DNA of 64,000 bases, from NCBI GenBank assembly GCA_028534125.1, contig CM052832.1, forward strand, positions 7,194,001 through 7,258,000, given 5' to 3'. The notes below the pieces were generated by a model. It saw nothing but the letters and a program-made list of their open reading frames with translations. It did not search any database and was not told where the DNA came from. The position numbers and the translations under genes were made by a program. Positions 12,966 to 27,050 of the stretch are shown here, in pieces; the stretch's first letter is position 1; the number at the start of each line of letters is the position of its first letter. This DNA comes from Lama glama. Taxonomy: Eukaryota.

Positions 12966-14939
12966 AACATCTAAAAAAAAAATCCTCACAGAGAAAGTAT
13001 GTTTTTAAACGTGTCATCTTTTTAAGAATAACAAATTCAAAGTTTAGAAGTGTCGTCTTTTATTGATTTTATTTACGATTGTTCTTTCGAATTCACAGAC
13101 AGAATGATTGGTTTCGCTCATGCTCTGTGTTTCCATGTATTAATCTAGACTCTGAGTCAGTCCCTTTCCTGGGAACGCAGGGAACTCCATAAGCCAACAC
13201 ACACGCACATGTCTCCTCCCCTCGGAATTTGCACTGGATGGTCCCTGACAGTGTGGATTTCTCTGCTCACTTTTAAAAGGCCCTGGTGGGGAGAACTGGT
13301 CTGCAGAGCAAACCACAGTTGATCTGCTGAGTCTCCCAGTTCCAGGCTGGATGTCATTTCAGGAAAAAAAAAAACAAAAAACCCAAAGCTGTGGTACCGG
13401 TTCCAGAACTCTGACAGAAGCTAAAGCCAGGTGGGAAAAGTGGCTGTACTGGTCATGCTGTAAACTCCAGCAACATTTGTGCTACACCAAGAACCATGCC
13501 ATTTGAACCTGAAGGAAGTGGAGTGTTGGCTAGTTCCAGAGTAGCAGTAAGGCTTTGCTTTGGTCTTGAAATCAAAAATCATACATTGTAACCCAGTGCA
13601 AATTAAAGGTTCGGTTAAAAAAAAAGAAGATAAAAGAAAAAAATTAACCCCCAGGCTGAAAAAGGGCAGAATTTGATCTAAGAAATGTAAATTACCCCAT
13701 TGGAGTGGTTGGAGTGAGGGCAGAAGGGAGAAGTGCTTGAATTTTTCCCAAGGAAAAAAAAAACTTTTAAAGTGTTTCTGGGTTGCTGCCTGCAGCCACT
13801 ACAATAACATTTCAACACGAAAGCATCCCTTAAGTCACTTCGTATGTGTCCTGTAAACTTAAAAAAGCCCTTTTAACATTAAAAATAAAGTACAGATATA
13901 GTACCTTTTTTTTTATTAAATAGGGTACAGCTGGCACTGGTGGTAACATTTTTATGTCAATTAATTAAGATTGAAATGTGTAACCAGACACTGGCTTTTT
14001 TAAGTGCTGCTGAAACAAACACACATATTTTACACTTACAAACAAATGGGCAGTGGCGTGCTTCAAGCTACCACACACAAACAATAAATAGTATCAATTA
14101 CTACTTTCATCTTAATAAAAAAGTGGCTTATTTATCGAAGCATACTTGGTATACAACCTTTAGAAGGCAAAGTGTTTTGGTTTGCTTTGGTTTTCCCCTC
14201 GATTTTTATTAGGAGGAGTCAGGGTGCTTTCCCAGGCGAGAAGGACAGGTCCAACGTCCTGCAAAGCCGGCCGGAGATGCTTGGCGGCCTATGAAGTGGC
14301 CTGGAGGATGACCAGGGAGCCAGGGACCTCTGGGGGCTGGAAGCAAATCCCTAGAAGGTTCTGCTTAGGGTGGGACATAGAATTCAAATGCCGGGGCCCT
14401 GGCCTGCGGGGGAGGAGGGCGAGGATCTGCCCGGTGGTGTCGTGGAGTGGTCCTGGCTGGGCCTGAGGATGTGCCACGTGGCCGCCAGGAGTGGTCAAAG
14501 TGCATCCGACAGCAGGGCTTCACACACAGTAGTCGACGCCAGACTCCACCGGCCGGGCCTGCCCTTCGCCCTCCATCGTGAGAAATGCGAATGTCAGAGG
14601 CTGGACCTGGTTTCCACCGCCTGTGTGCTCTTAGATCAGCTGCCTGCTGCTGACCCCGCTCCTGGGAGGCAGTGACTTAATTCTGCTCCTTGAAATGCAA
14701 ATTCAGTGGAGAGCCGCCAGTGGGGCCTAGGCAAAGGCAGATTTGGGTTCCCCTGTCTTAACTGTTTGGTAAGGCGGGTGGGGGCAGTTTTGCTTTCCTG
14801 TACTGCGTGTATCACGAGGGATCCTTGGGCCACACGTGTGGCTTTAAGCTGATCGTGTCTTCACTGTGAGGCCTGGCGATTGAGAGTTTTGCTTTAACTA
14901 TGAAACCACAGAACATTTTTCTGCAGTTCAGTGATTCTC

Positions 14940-15265
14940 TTGTGCTTGTCTGTCTTAACACGACAAGAGTCATCATTATTTCAAAGAAATTAGGAAACCA
15001 CATCGCGCCAGCATTTCATGCTGATGAAGGGCAACATAAGCGATAAAGGACTGAGAGGTTTTTTTTTAATCTCGAATTATTGCTTTTTAAAAGGCAAAGC
15101 TGTGTTAGAGGCAATGAAAGATCTGAAAGAGCTAAGAACAAAACATTTCCTTCATACATCACAAAAACAAGCTACATCTAAAATATCTGGAGATGGAAGT
15201 ATTTTTAAAACATCACATTGTGCCTGGATGAACTGAAATTGCTTAGCAATATTTCAGATATGGCT
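14940..15265 (-). promoter_or_regulatory. Cluster of miRNA seed matches (miR-218, -338, -137, -205, -23, -135)
   Basis: Plus-strand seed copies: TTGTGCTT 14940-14947, CCAGCAT 15008-15014, TTATTGCT 15077-15084, TCCTTCAT 15148-15155, TCACATT 15213-15219, TATGGCT 15259-15265. Confidence 0.7.
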
Positions 15266-16348
15266 CTAGCCCACTGAAGAAATTTGTTATTTAATAAAGA
15301 GCACTTTTAGAGACCGAAGTCAACATCTCAATACACTAAGAAATGTTTCAAGGGTCCAAATGTCATTAAATAATTATAAATATATCTTTAAAGTTATATG
15401 ACTATTCACGTTAGCAAGTTACCTCAGATTTTACACATATTCATAATTTAAAAAAAAAAAAGAAGACAAATAACACACAGCCAAACACAAACACTATCTA
15501 TACCATTATGGCTATAATAAGGCATTGCCATTTTCAGTTTTGCATAAAAGAAGCAGGGGCAGAGTTGGGGTGTTGGGGTGTGGTTTTGGGATGGGATTTC
15601 TTTTTTGGTTAAATGGGAAGAGGGGGGAAAAAGTATAAAAAAGTAAAATAAAATAATCTATCCTGGTCAGTATTTTTGAAGTCACTTTCTTAAAGGAGGG
15701 GGGAAAAAATTAAAAAACCAACTGAACCAAACAGTTCAAATGAATACTTGCAGAGAGGAGGGAAGGGGAAGTTTGGAACAGCTGCTGCGGAGGGATGGCA
15801 GGGGCGTAGGAGCCCCCGTCCTGCCCCTCTTCCCTTCGCGTGCACCTCGGCTGGCTTTGGAAGCGGGTCTGCGGAGGGCACGTGTCCACGCACCGCGGCC
15901 ACCGGCCGCCGTGAGCGCGGGTGGTTTCAGAGCACAGGGAGGGAGCGCTGGGCTCCTCTTCCTCCTGGACCTGGAGTCCACCGCTCTGAACTGGCGCACC
16001 AACAGGTTACTTAGGATAACAGACCGAGCGAGCGACAACGGCAGCCAAAACACCTCTCTCCTTGGTTTGTTCGTAAAAGTACATTTTAGAGAGAAAACGA
16101 TCTGAAGCCTGATTAGGATTGTCTCTCTTGGGCCTTTTGCTTCTCAATATCTACCCTCTGAGGGTCGCAAGATGGTGACAGAGTGAGTGAATGCAAAAAA
16201 ACAAAACAAAACAAAAAAACTTCTAAAAAATAGGCACTTTGTAGATAGCTAGTTGATATACATATATAAGCACTCTCTCTATATATGTATATGTCGACAC
16301 GTTTGGGACGTGGCTCCCAGAGACCGCTGGGCCACTGCTGAGGAAATT

Positions 16349-18534
<2,186 letters not shown>

Positions 18535-20375
18535 CTATCACCGTGAACTCCAAGACAGAAGGAGAAGCAACAGCCTTGGGGGAGGTGGGGGGAGAGGGGT
18601 GGGATGGGCAGCGAAGTTCCCACCCCGCGTTAGTACCTTCCCGGAATCCACAGGCCCAGAAGCAGAGGGTAAAGAGCTGGTGAGCAGCCTCTAAGACCAG
18701 AAGCAAACACTTTCAAGATGACAAACCAAAACTAGCCCTGTCTGGGCAGTAACTCTCTGCTCTAGATAAATTCTTCCAGCCTCCACTGGCCTCTCCCTAG
18801 TGCTTCCCCGAGTACGAGATTCTGACACACTCCAGGGTAAAAACGTAGAGTGGTGATTATGATCGGCTCACAAGCCCGCCCCGGGCTTCTCAGCGCCTTA
18901 CACAGTACCCACACCGGACGGAGACCACAGCCTTTCCTGGCCAGCCCATCTAGGTGAACGGGAGTCGGCAGAGCTAACAGTTATGGGCAGGCCACTTCGG
19001 TACGCATGAGGGTCAAGGCTCAGCTCGCGAGAGAAAGCAGAATGATGTGAGCAATTTCAAAGGGAAAGAAGTCACACTTAAAATGCCAGCGTTCCCTCCC
19101 CCACCCCCCAGGAGCACAGAGCTCACACAGATAGACTTGTCAAGGTAAAAAATGCTTCTCCTAGTATAATATGCTTCTCGTAAGTACATATACTTAAAAT
19201 ATACTGTAGTCATAATTAAAATTCCATGTGGTTTCCCTTCTTTTGATGCAGAAGCCTCATTAAAACCCTTTATGTGGGACCCTGCCAGTAAACTCCAATA
19301 TGGTTTTGAATTTATCTCTCCACCATCCCCCTCACCCCAACTTCTCTATTTTACCTGCTACATTTGGCTGATGTTTTTATTATCCGTCACCTGTCAGGCT
19401 CACTGTAACTTTTTGGTTTATAGATGCCAGCTAATGCAAACTGACATTCATTCTTGAATTCATGAGCTCTGGTTGTGGTTTATAGAAAACAATGCAACAA
19501 ATTTCTGCTAGGTTTACAGAATTTTGACCAAGGGCTTCTAGTCATTTGAGATTGTCATGTCTTAAGGATTGCAAAGAGAGCTAATGTGGGCTTGAAAGGG
19601 ATTTATATAATAATTTTTATAACTCACAAAAAATAAAATTTTCTGCAACTTGTTTAGTCATTTTTGTGTTACTAAGAAATGTTTCTGAAACATGCTGCAA
19701 TTTGTTCTGCAGGAAAAAATTTTCACGGCTTGCTGCAGTATCACATGAGATCTCATATAATAATCGGTGATGGGGAGAAGGAAGGAATCCTAAACTGAAA
19801 GAAAAAAACCTCCCTAGTCTTCAGTTATTTATAATAATTATTACAGAAGCAAATGATGTATTAAATTTTCCTTCATTGAGTACAGTTGTATCCGTATTCC
19901 TAATCTCTGTTTTGTACATGAACTTGGGTTTTCTTTCAGATCACCTCCTTGGGTTATTTTGACCCTATGTTTTAAACTATTCTTACTTGGGTCACTAACC
20001 ACATTACAGACAACTATAAAAGTGAAAAACCAAGACCTAGATATTGTAGCGACTAAAGTAAAGAAAATGTAACCTCTAATTATTAAAAGGATCAAGATGA
20101 AAGCCTGGAGAGTTCTAAAAGTGCTCCTACCCCAATCTAACTTTATAAATGCAAAACTCAGTAACTGCCTGGGCGATCTGCTTGGTAGCCTCAGAGCCGG
20201 TTTAAAACTCCCGGCTACAGCCCACAGATTAAATAAAGCCAGGGCCACCAGGAGTTACTTGAAGCCCAAGACAAACACGGTGCATCTTCCCAGTAGGCTG
20301 GTTCTACTCAATATGGAGACAAGGGTACGCCGTACAGTAAACATGGATATGACATGGAGGAGAATGCTAACACCG

Positions 20376-20520
20376 GGTGAATTTCCAGACAAACAAAAAA
20401 AATGACTGTGACAGAATTTTGCATTCATGAAGTTTCAGAACACTTAGGTGAATTTTTAGACAAACAAATTAAAAAAAAATGACCTCAACAAAATTTTGCA
20501 CTTGTGAAGCTTTAGACCAC
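20376..20520. repeat. Diverged two-copy tandem duplication (~71 nt)
   Basis: GGTGAATTT..AGACAAACAAA..AAAAATGAC...AATTTTGCA...TGAAG..T.AGA.CAC at 20376-20443 and 20447-20520. Confidence 0.88.
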
Positions 20521-22944
20521 GCCCCCCACCCCGATCCCCTAAGGTACCCATTTACCCTCTGCTGGTTGGGGTACTCTGACGAAAAAAAATCCAAACCCCT
20601 CATTTACTATTTAGATAATCCTAATCTAACCTGCTGACAGAAAACTAAACTGAGAAGAGGAGGCATTTACTTTACAAAATCAAGCAGCCCCAGAGAGGCA
20701 GAGTCACAAGTCGGTAAGACTGCTGTGATTTCTGACCTCTCTGCAATCTTAGTTACCCCCAAGGAATTTGGCTGACACAGTCACACACACATATATGTGT
20801 ATTTGTTGTCTTAAGTCTATTTGCCGAAATAAATTTGCCTATTTAAGTAGGCTCTTCTGGTGCCCACGTGTGCAGCCCCACTGAGAGCTACTGTCCTTGG
20901 GACACTATTTAAAAACTCTTTTCGAGTCTTGCTGGTCTAATCTGCTAATCAGTGAGCAATTAGTTCAGTTGATCATGGCATAATGTGAATGAGACCAAGG
21001 TCAAGGGCTTGATTCCCTTAGGACCTGCTGGTTCTCTCTGGATGCATTTCATTCCAGAACCGCTCCCTGCACCCCCAGCCACAGTCAGATAGCTTGCAAA
21101 CGCGTGGAGCTGTGGTGAAAAAGAGCTGCAAGAACCTTGCCTATGGAAACAGAGCAGCAGCAGTTTTCCATAACCTAATACACCTGGGGAAGAATATTAA
21201 TAAAATGCCCGTGAAGCTCAACTAAAAATAAAATCAATGTTAAAAATAAAAAATTTCTTGCCCCGCGGGAAAAGGGAAATGAAATAGCCTCGCTTTACCC
21301 AGCCAGATTTCTTGGGTCTTCAGAGCAAGTGGAAAGTGTGGTGGAAGGGGGCGAAACCGAGATAAGGGAGAACGAAAGAGACGCTCTGGTCTGTGACTGT
21401 CGTGGCCTGCAGTCCTCTAGCGCCTTCGCACCCGCTGTCTGATGCCAGTCTCTCGGGTCACACTTGACTCCTCACTAGAGTGAGCCGTGGAGGGCCGTGA
21501 GCTCTCTATCCATGACTGCCCTCCTCTTTGGGGCTTAATAACAAGGGTTCTTGACATCTCTCAGCCTTCACCTAGTACTTTAATATGCATCTTCTCACTT
21601 AGTGGCCCCTCAAGAAACACTAGTTGGTTGAAAATGGGCAAGGAGATCTTTAAAGGAGTTGGAAAAGAATGAGACTGAGCACTTGCCATTCGGGGCTGTC
21701 AGCTGGGAAACAGTGTACCTTGTTTCACCCCATCTCAGCAGAGGAATTTACACAGCCCAGCCAAGGAGGGCAGGTCGGGGCAGAGGAAAGGAAAGGGGGC
21801 CTTAGTTCAGGTGGAACGCAGGCTGGCAAAGGCAGAGTCCTTTGTCCTTTTTCAACACAAGGGCAAAAACGTAACTGAACCAAAAGCCATCACACTTCTC
21901 AGCAATGAGGCAGTAACTGCAAAGCTTCGCTGAGGCCTCTTCAATGGCAGGAGGTGTTGCTTCAACGCATCTCAGATACACCCAAGCACTTTGTATTACC
22001 CCCCCCCATGGCCTCCTTTCCAATGGAAGACGTAATATGCGGGACCTCCGCAGAGCTGCTCTCCACTAAGAATCTTCTTCCCCTTTGACAACATTTTGGC
22101 TGCCCCTTTCCCAACCACTCTTACACGATTTCCTGTTTCACTCCTGTTCTAACAGCATTTATTTTCCGGATCGCTCTTTTCGGCCCCTCAGCTGCTACTT
22201 TCCTGAATTATTAGCTGTTTCTTGGCCTGTTCTCTCCAACTATAAAGTGAGCTTTGGATGGTAAAGGTCATGACTTATTTTCCTCTCATATCCCTCAGAA
22301 CCTTCTACATCGTATGAGCCTAATTTTTTTTTAATGTTAAGTGTCTGGATGGATGGACAAGTACATGAACGAATAAGTAAATGTCCAGGGATCAGGAACT
22401 CTGCACAGTACCTGGCACATTTCTGACACTTTAAGAAAAGAGATACTATAATAAGCAGTAAGCAATGCTGACAGCAAACCTAAAACGTAACCCGAATACC
22501 ACTCTATACCTATAAAACCGGATAAAACTCTCTTTAAAAGGTGTTCAGAGCTCTTTCCAAGCATCACTACATCACTGGACCTCACAGTTCAGACAGGGGC
22601 CCACAAATGGCAGTTGCCACTGGTGAATGGATGCCTCTGTTTTGCCACCAATGTTGTTCCCAGTATCCTCAGAGCTGGTATCAGTGTGTTAAGCCTAAAA
22701 CCGGGGGCCCACAGGGAGAAGGGAGGAAGGAGGAGGAGGGCCAGGCCAGACATGCACGGCCTGCAGGAAGGTGAGTTAGCACCCCTCTGCCCCTGGATCC
22801 CAGGGTGACCACTGCCACTAAGGCCTCATCACTTACTGGGAATGGGTAGTAAAGGTAACAGAGGATAAGACACATCCTGTCTGAATTCCTAGGCAGTATA
22901 TAGAGACAGTATGTCTGTGACACCAAGAATTGTGGATTGGGGGA

Positions 22945-23185
22945 AGGCAGGTTGTGGAGGGACAAACTAGGAGCTCGAGATTTGCAGATACTAACTACTA
23001 CATATAAAATAGATAAACAGCAAGGTCCTACTGTACAGCACAGGGAACTATATTCAATACCTTGTAATAACCTATAAAGAAAAATAATATGAAAAGGAAT
23101 ATATATGTATGTAAGTATAACTGAATCACTCTGCTGTATACTAGAAACTAACAACATTATAAACTGATTATAATTCAGTAATAAT
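22945..23185 (+). mobile_element. Cetartiodactyl-type L1 3' end
   Basis: ATAAACAGCAAGGTCCTACTGTACAGCACAGGGAACTATATTCAATACCTTGTAATAACCTATA...ATAACTGAATCACTCTGCTGTA; homologous to the copies at ~37300 and ~63550. Confidence 0.82.
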
Positions 23186-23289
23186 TTTTTAAATGTAAGT
23201 TTAAAAAGCTAAAGCTCTAAACGTTTTTAGAAACAATGAACAGTACATATATGTAAATTAAAAAATATATGTGCAGTAAATTAAAAAAA

Positions 23290-23805
23290 AGATCTATCAA
23301 GCCATGAAAGACATAGAAGAAACTTAAAAGACATATTACTAAATGAAAGAAGCCAGTCTGAAAGGCTACAAACTGTATGGTTCCAACCAAATGACATTTT
23401 GGAAAAGGCACAGCTACAGAAACAATAAAAAGATCATGGTTTCCAGGGGTTTGGGGAGAGGGAGGGAGGGAGGAATGAACAGATAGAGCACAAGGGATTT
23501 TTAGGGCAATGACATTATTCTATATGATTCTATAGTGGCGGCTAAGTGTCATTATGCATTTGTCAAAACCCATAGAATGTACAACATCAAGAGTGAACCC
23601 TAATGTAAACTATGGACTTTAGCTGATAATAATGTTCCCATGTTGGCTTGTCGATTGTACCAAATATGCCACAGTTATCAGAGATGTTGAGGGTAGGGAA
23701 GTATATATGTGTGGGTGGGGAGGGCTATGTGGGAACTCTATTTTCTGCTCAATTCTGCTGTAAACCTGAAACTGCTCTAAAACAATAAAGTCTATTTTAA
23801 AAAAA
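23290..23805 (+). mobile_element. L1MC-like 3' region
   Basis: CTATCAAGCCATGAAAGACAT...GAAAGAAGCCAGTCTGAAAGGCTACA...GAGTGAACCCTAATGTAAACTATGGACTT...TAAACCTGAAACTGCTCTAAAA plus tail; homologous to 41290-41780. Confidence 0.82.
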
Positions 23806-25262
23806 GAAGAAATTAGATGGAATAAAAAAAAAAGAATTATTGATGACCTTTATGGAGGAAGCAATGGCAGCTGAGACATGTGGGCCTGTGTGACATCACG
23901 AGGTGAGAATGGTTCTCACGCCCCAGGCCCATGGGTTCTACTCCACCTCTGCTGCCCAGCTGGAAAAGGCAGAGCATCCGCCTTGAGGTTCCTGACATCT
24001 GTGTCCTCCAAAATGACACAAGGAAGGGGAAAATCTTCTACCTTTTCAGGCCACACAGGTTCAGAGCCTTGAGATCAGAGGGTGTCACTTTGACTCAGCA
24101 CAGGTCACAGCCACGCTTCACCAGGAATGACTGAACTCGGCAAAGAAGGTGCAAACAATGAGGCTATTGGCACGGAGTCCCCTGTCTTACTCTCCCAAGG
24201 TCACATCCCACTATGCCCCAGTATGAACCCTCCTCGACGTGGTGGGACGCATTCTCAGACCCTCACTGCAGCTTCACTCAAGCTGTCCCCAGACTCACAG
24301 CCACCTCTCGTCCCTCTGCCAGACCCAGAGATGAAAGCACTGTCTTAAAAGCTCACCATTACACAAGCACTTCCCGGGGCTACAAATTCTTATCATCTTT
24401 CCTTCCCCATCTATATCTTGAACGTTTACGTATGTAAATTTTACCACTCCATGCATTTTAAACTACCGTCATTGGTTTTAGATAAATATTTTCATATTCC
24501 AACTAAAGGGAAAGCAAATTAAGGATAAGACCCACGTATCCCTCTTTCAGATCCTACCTAGTACATAGCATGGTACTGAGAAAAGACGAGTATTTCCAAA
24601 AAGTGTGATGAACTGATGAATTACTAGCCTAGTTCCCGATCAGGCAACTTGAGAGAAGCAGAAATGCTATGTAAACATTATCTAAAAATCTATTTTCGAT
24701 TATGTGCAGAATATTACTTTGCATTTTCCACATTGAGGTTTTAAGAGATTTTACATCAATTTTCTTAATTTCCCTGAACTTGGCCCTTCACACTAAAAAT
24801 GATAAGTCTCTATCACTAAATTAGTTTTACTTTTAATTTCATTAGATAATGGTGGGAGAAATGCAACAGATCATGCTGATGGAGAAGAAATCAGCAAAAT
24901 GGGAATCTGAAATCAATTTTTTGAAGATAATGAAAGGTCAGGCTAGCAAACTCCATAGTTTTGCAAAAGAGAGGAAAGTGCCTCAACTGTCCAGGATAAA
25001 TATTTATTTTCCGTGTTGTAATGAATTGTACTTTTCCACTGCACGCTCACAAATTCTTAAAGACCAGCTGATCCCAAGTCTAAGAAAGTATGCTATGCTG
25101 AAGGAAAGAGAGAGAGGAAAAGGAAAAAAAAAAAAAACCACAACCTGGCAATTTTCAGAAACTTCAGCCATTCCTTAAACCCACCCCAATTTTGAGGATA
25201 CTGTTGGAATAATATATTTCCTCTTGGTGAAGGGGACAGAGGGAGGAGGTCGAAGATGCGCA

Positions 25263-25308
25263 GCGTGTGTGTGTGCGTGCACGCGTGTGTGCGTGTCTGT
25301 GTGTGTAT

Positions 25309-25339
<31 letters not shown>

Positions 25340-25344
25340 CGCGC
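25263..25344. repeat. (TG)n-(GC)7 compound alternating purine-pyrimidine tract
   Basis: About 80 nt of near-continuous RY alternation ending in (GC)7 at 25331-25344. Confidence 0.95.
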
Positions 25345-26884
25345 CTGCGTCCAAAGAGGGTAAGAGAGAAGGAAGAAACCAAAGAGGGGGTGGGGAGAGA
25401 AACGGAGGAAAAATGAGAAATCTTCTTGCTAGGCCTTGATTAAGAACTTTTTAAAGGCGAGGAAGGGTGGATAGTCTTTGAAACCAGATCCGCGGCAGGA
25501 AGGAGGCCAGCACCCAGGACACCGTGTCTTTGAGCAGGGGCCACCCACTGTGCCGTGGCAGTCATATGACTGCTCTGTCACATCCTGAAGCCATTTCCAG
25601 CCCATGCACACGTCTGTGCTCCCATTTAGAGAGGATGGGATATATTGGGAACACACATATGGAAACACTTTCAGAGAATCAGTTTCCATGAAATTCATAA
25701 TGAGCCAAGTGGCTTCAGATGTGGTTGCGTTCCTCCGATTAGCCAGAAGGAAAAAGAAAAAAAAAAAAGGAGGAAAGAAGGAGGAAAAAAGGGACAAATC
25801 CACCCTTTCAGACCTTATTTCAGTTTCAGAGAAATTAAAAACCACTAATGACTTATGGCTACCAAAACACAGAGCCACAATTAAGAGAGAGAGGGGGAAC
25901 TAGGAAAAAGAGGGAAGGAGGTTTAAAAGCAAGAGTCTTGCCCTTCTAAAAATAACAGCTTCGATATCGGTAATCTTATCTGAAATCAGGGGGAGGCTTT
26001 CCTCTGATGGTATCTGCCTCTAGTGGCATAATTAATTTTCTGACATCCTGGCTGCACGCAGCGCGCATGCGCACGGGGGTTGGGGGCGACACGAACGAAG
26101 GCAGAGGCTGGAAGACCAGCTCTTGTTTGATAACATATGTGGCCAATTAAGATTATTTTTAAAATTGCAACTAAATGATAAATTGTTCCTAAGTAAATCT
26201 TTCCAAAAAGCCCGAATACAGAAAGGACGGCCTGGTATTTTCCTGTGGCCTGTGCTAGTGGTAACTATATTAAAAGGCTATATTAAAAGCAGAAATTTAT
26301 GAACTGGTTGAGATGTTATATATTAGACACTCAAGTCTAGCTGATAGGAGAGCATGAAATATAAGAAGGGAACAAGTGGGGGAGGGTTTTTTAAGAGGGA
26401 CATTTAACTGATATTTGTTAAGTTAAAACAGTTTTTTATATTAAAACCAAAACAGGCCTACGATGGAGTAAAATTCACATGAATTTTAAGATATAACAAG
26501 AGACACAAAAGTGCTCTCCAGGCGGGAGTTGGGGTTGTTTTGGGTTACGTCAACAGATTGTGGAGGGCAGAGCAGGGGAAGGGCCCCAGAGTCCCCACTG
26601 CCCCTTGGGGTGCTTCAGTGGAAAAGTCTGAGGGGTACTTCTTTCCAGCCTGGCAGCAGCCTAAACCCCCCCATTTAGGAATGCCTGGGGATGGGCTGGG
26701 AACCAGCACTGGCTGTTGCTTAACAGACCAGTCTCTGCTCCCACCATAGGGATCCTCTAAGTGACTTCGTAGTCACCATACCCCATGGTATCACTGTCAC
26801 AGGACTTACTAAGAGGAAAGAGTGGCGGCCAAACTCCTGAGATTCGAAGGCTCCCATCTGCAAAGGAGCTTACTTCATGTAACG

Positions 26885-27050
26885 GCATTAAGTCCTCACC
26901 CCAGCCCTGGGAGGTAGACAATGTCACTGACCCCACATTATGGATGACAAACTGAAGCTCAAAGAAGCGAAGGGAGTTTCTCAAGGTTACAGACCAGTAA
27001 ATGGTGGCCTGCGTGGGACCTGGCCCCAGACCCAGGGCGCTCAGCTGTCA
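26885..27050. mobile_element. MIR SINE, diverged
   Basis: TAAGTCCTCAC..CAGCCCTGGGAGGTAG...CCCCACATTATGGATGACAAACTGAAGCTCA...CAAGGTTACA. Confidence 0.65.

Larger units (their letters stand above)
12530..16348 (-). other. RUNX2: RUNX2 3' UTR (~3.8 kb; cleavage site approximate)
   Basis: Runs from the stop codon to an AATAAA followed by a U/GU-rich element. AU-rich, with no obvious interspersed repeats and many miRNA seed matches. The length fits the long RUNX2 3' UTR known in mammals. Confidence 0.85.

Noticed and set aside
26012..26028. CTCF-like CCACTAGAGGCAG (and similar CCGCTAGGGGCAG at ~30825-30840)
   Set aside because: Both are one base short in the core compared with the CCASYAGRKGGCRS consensus; not supportable by eye.
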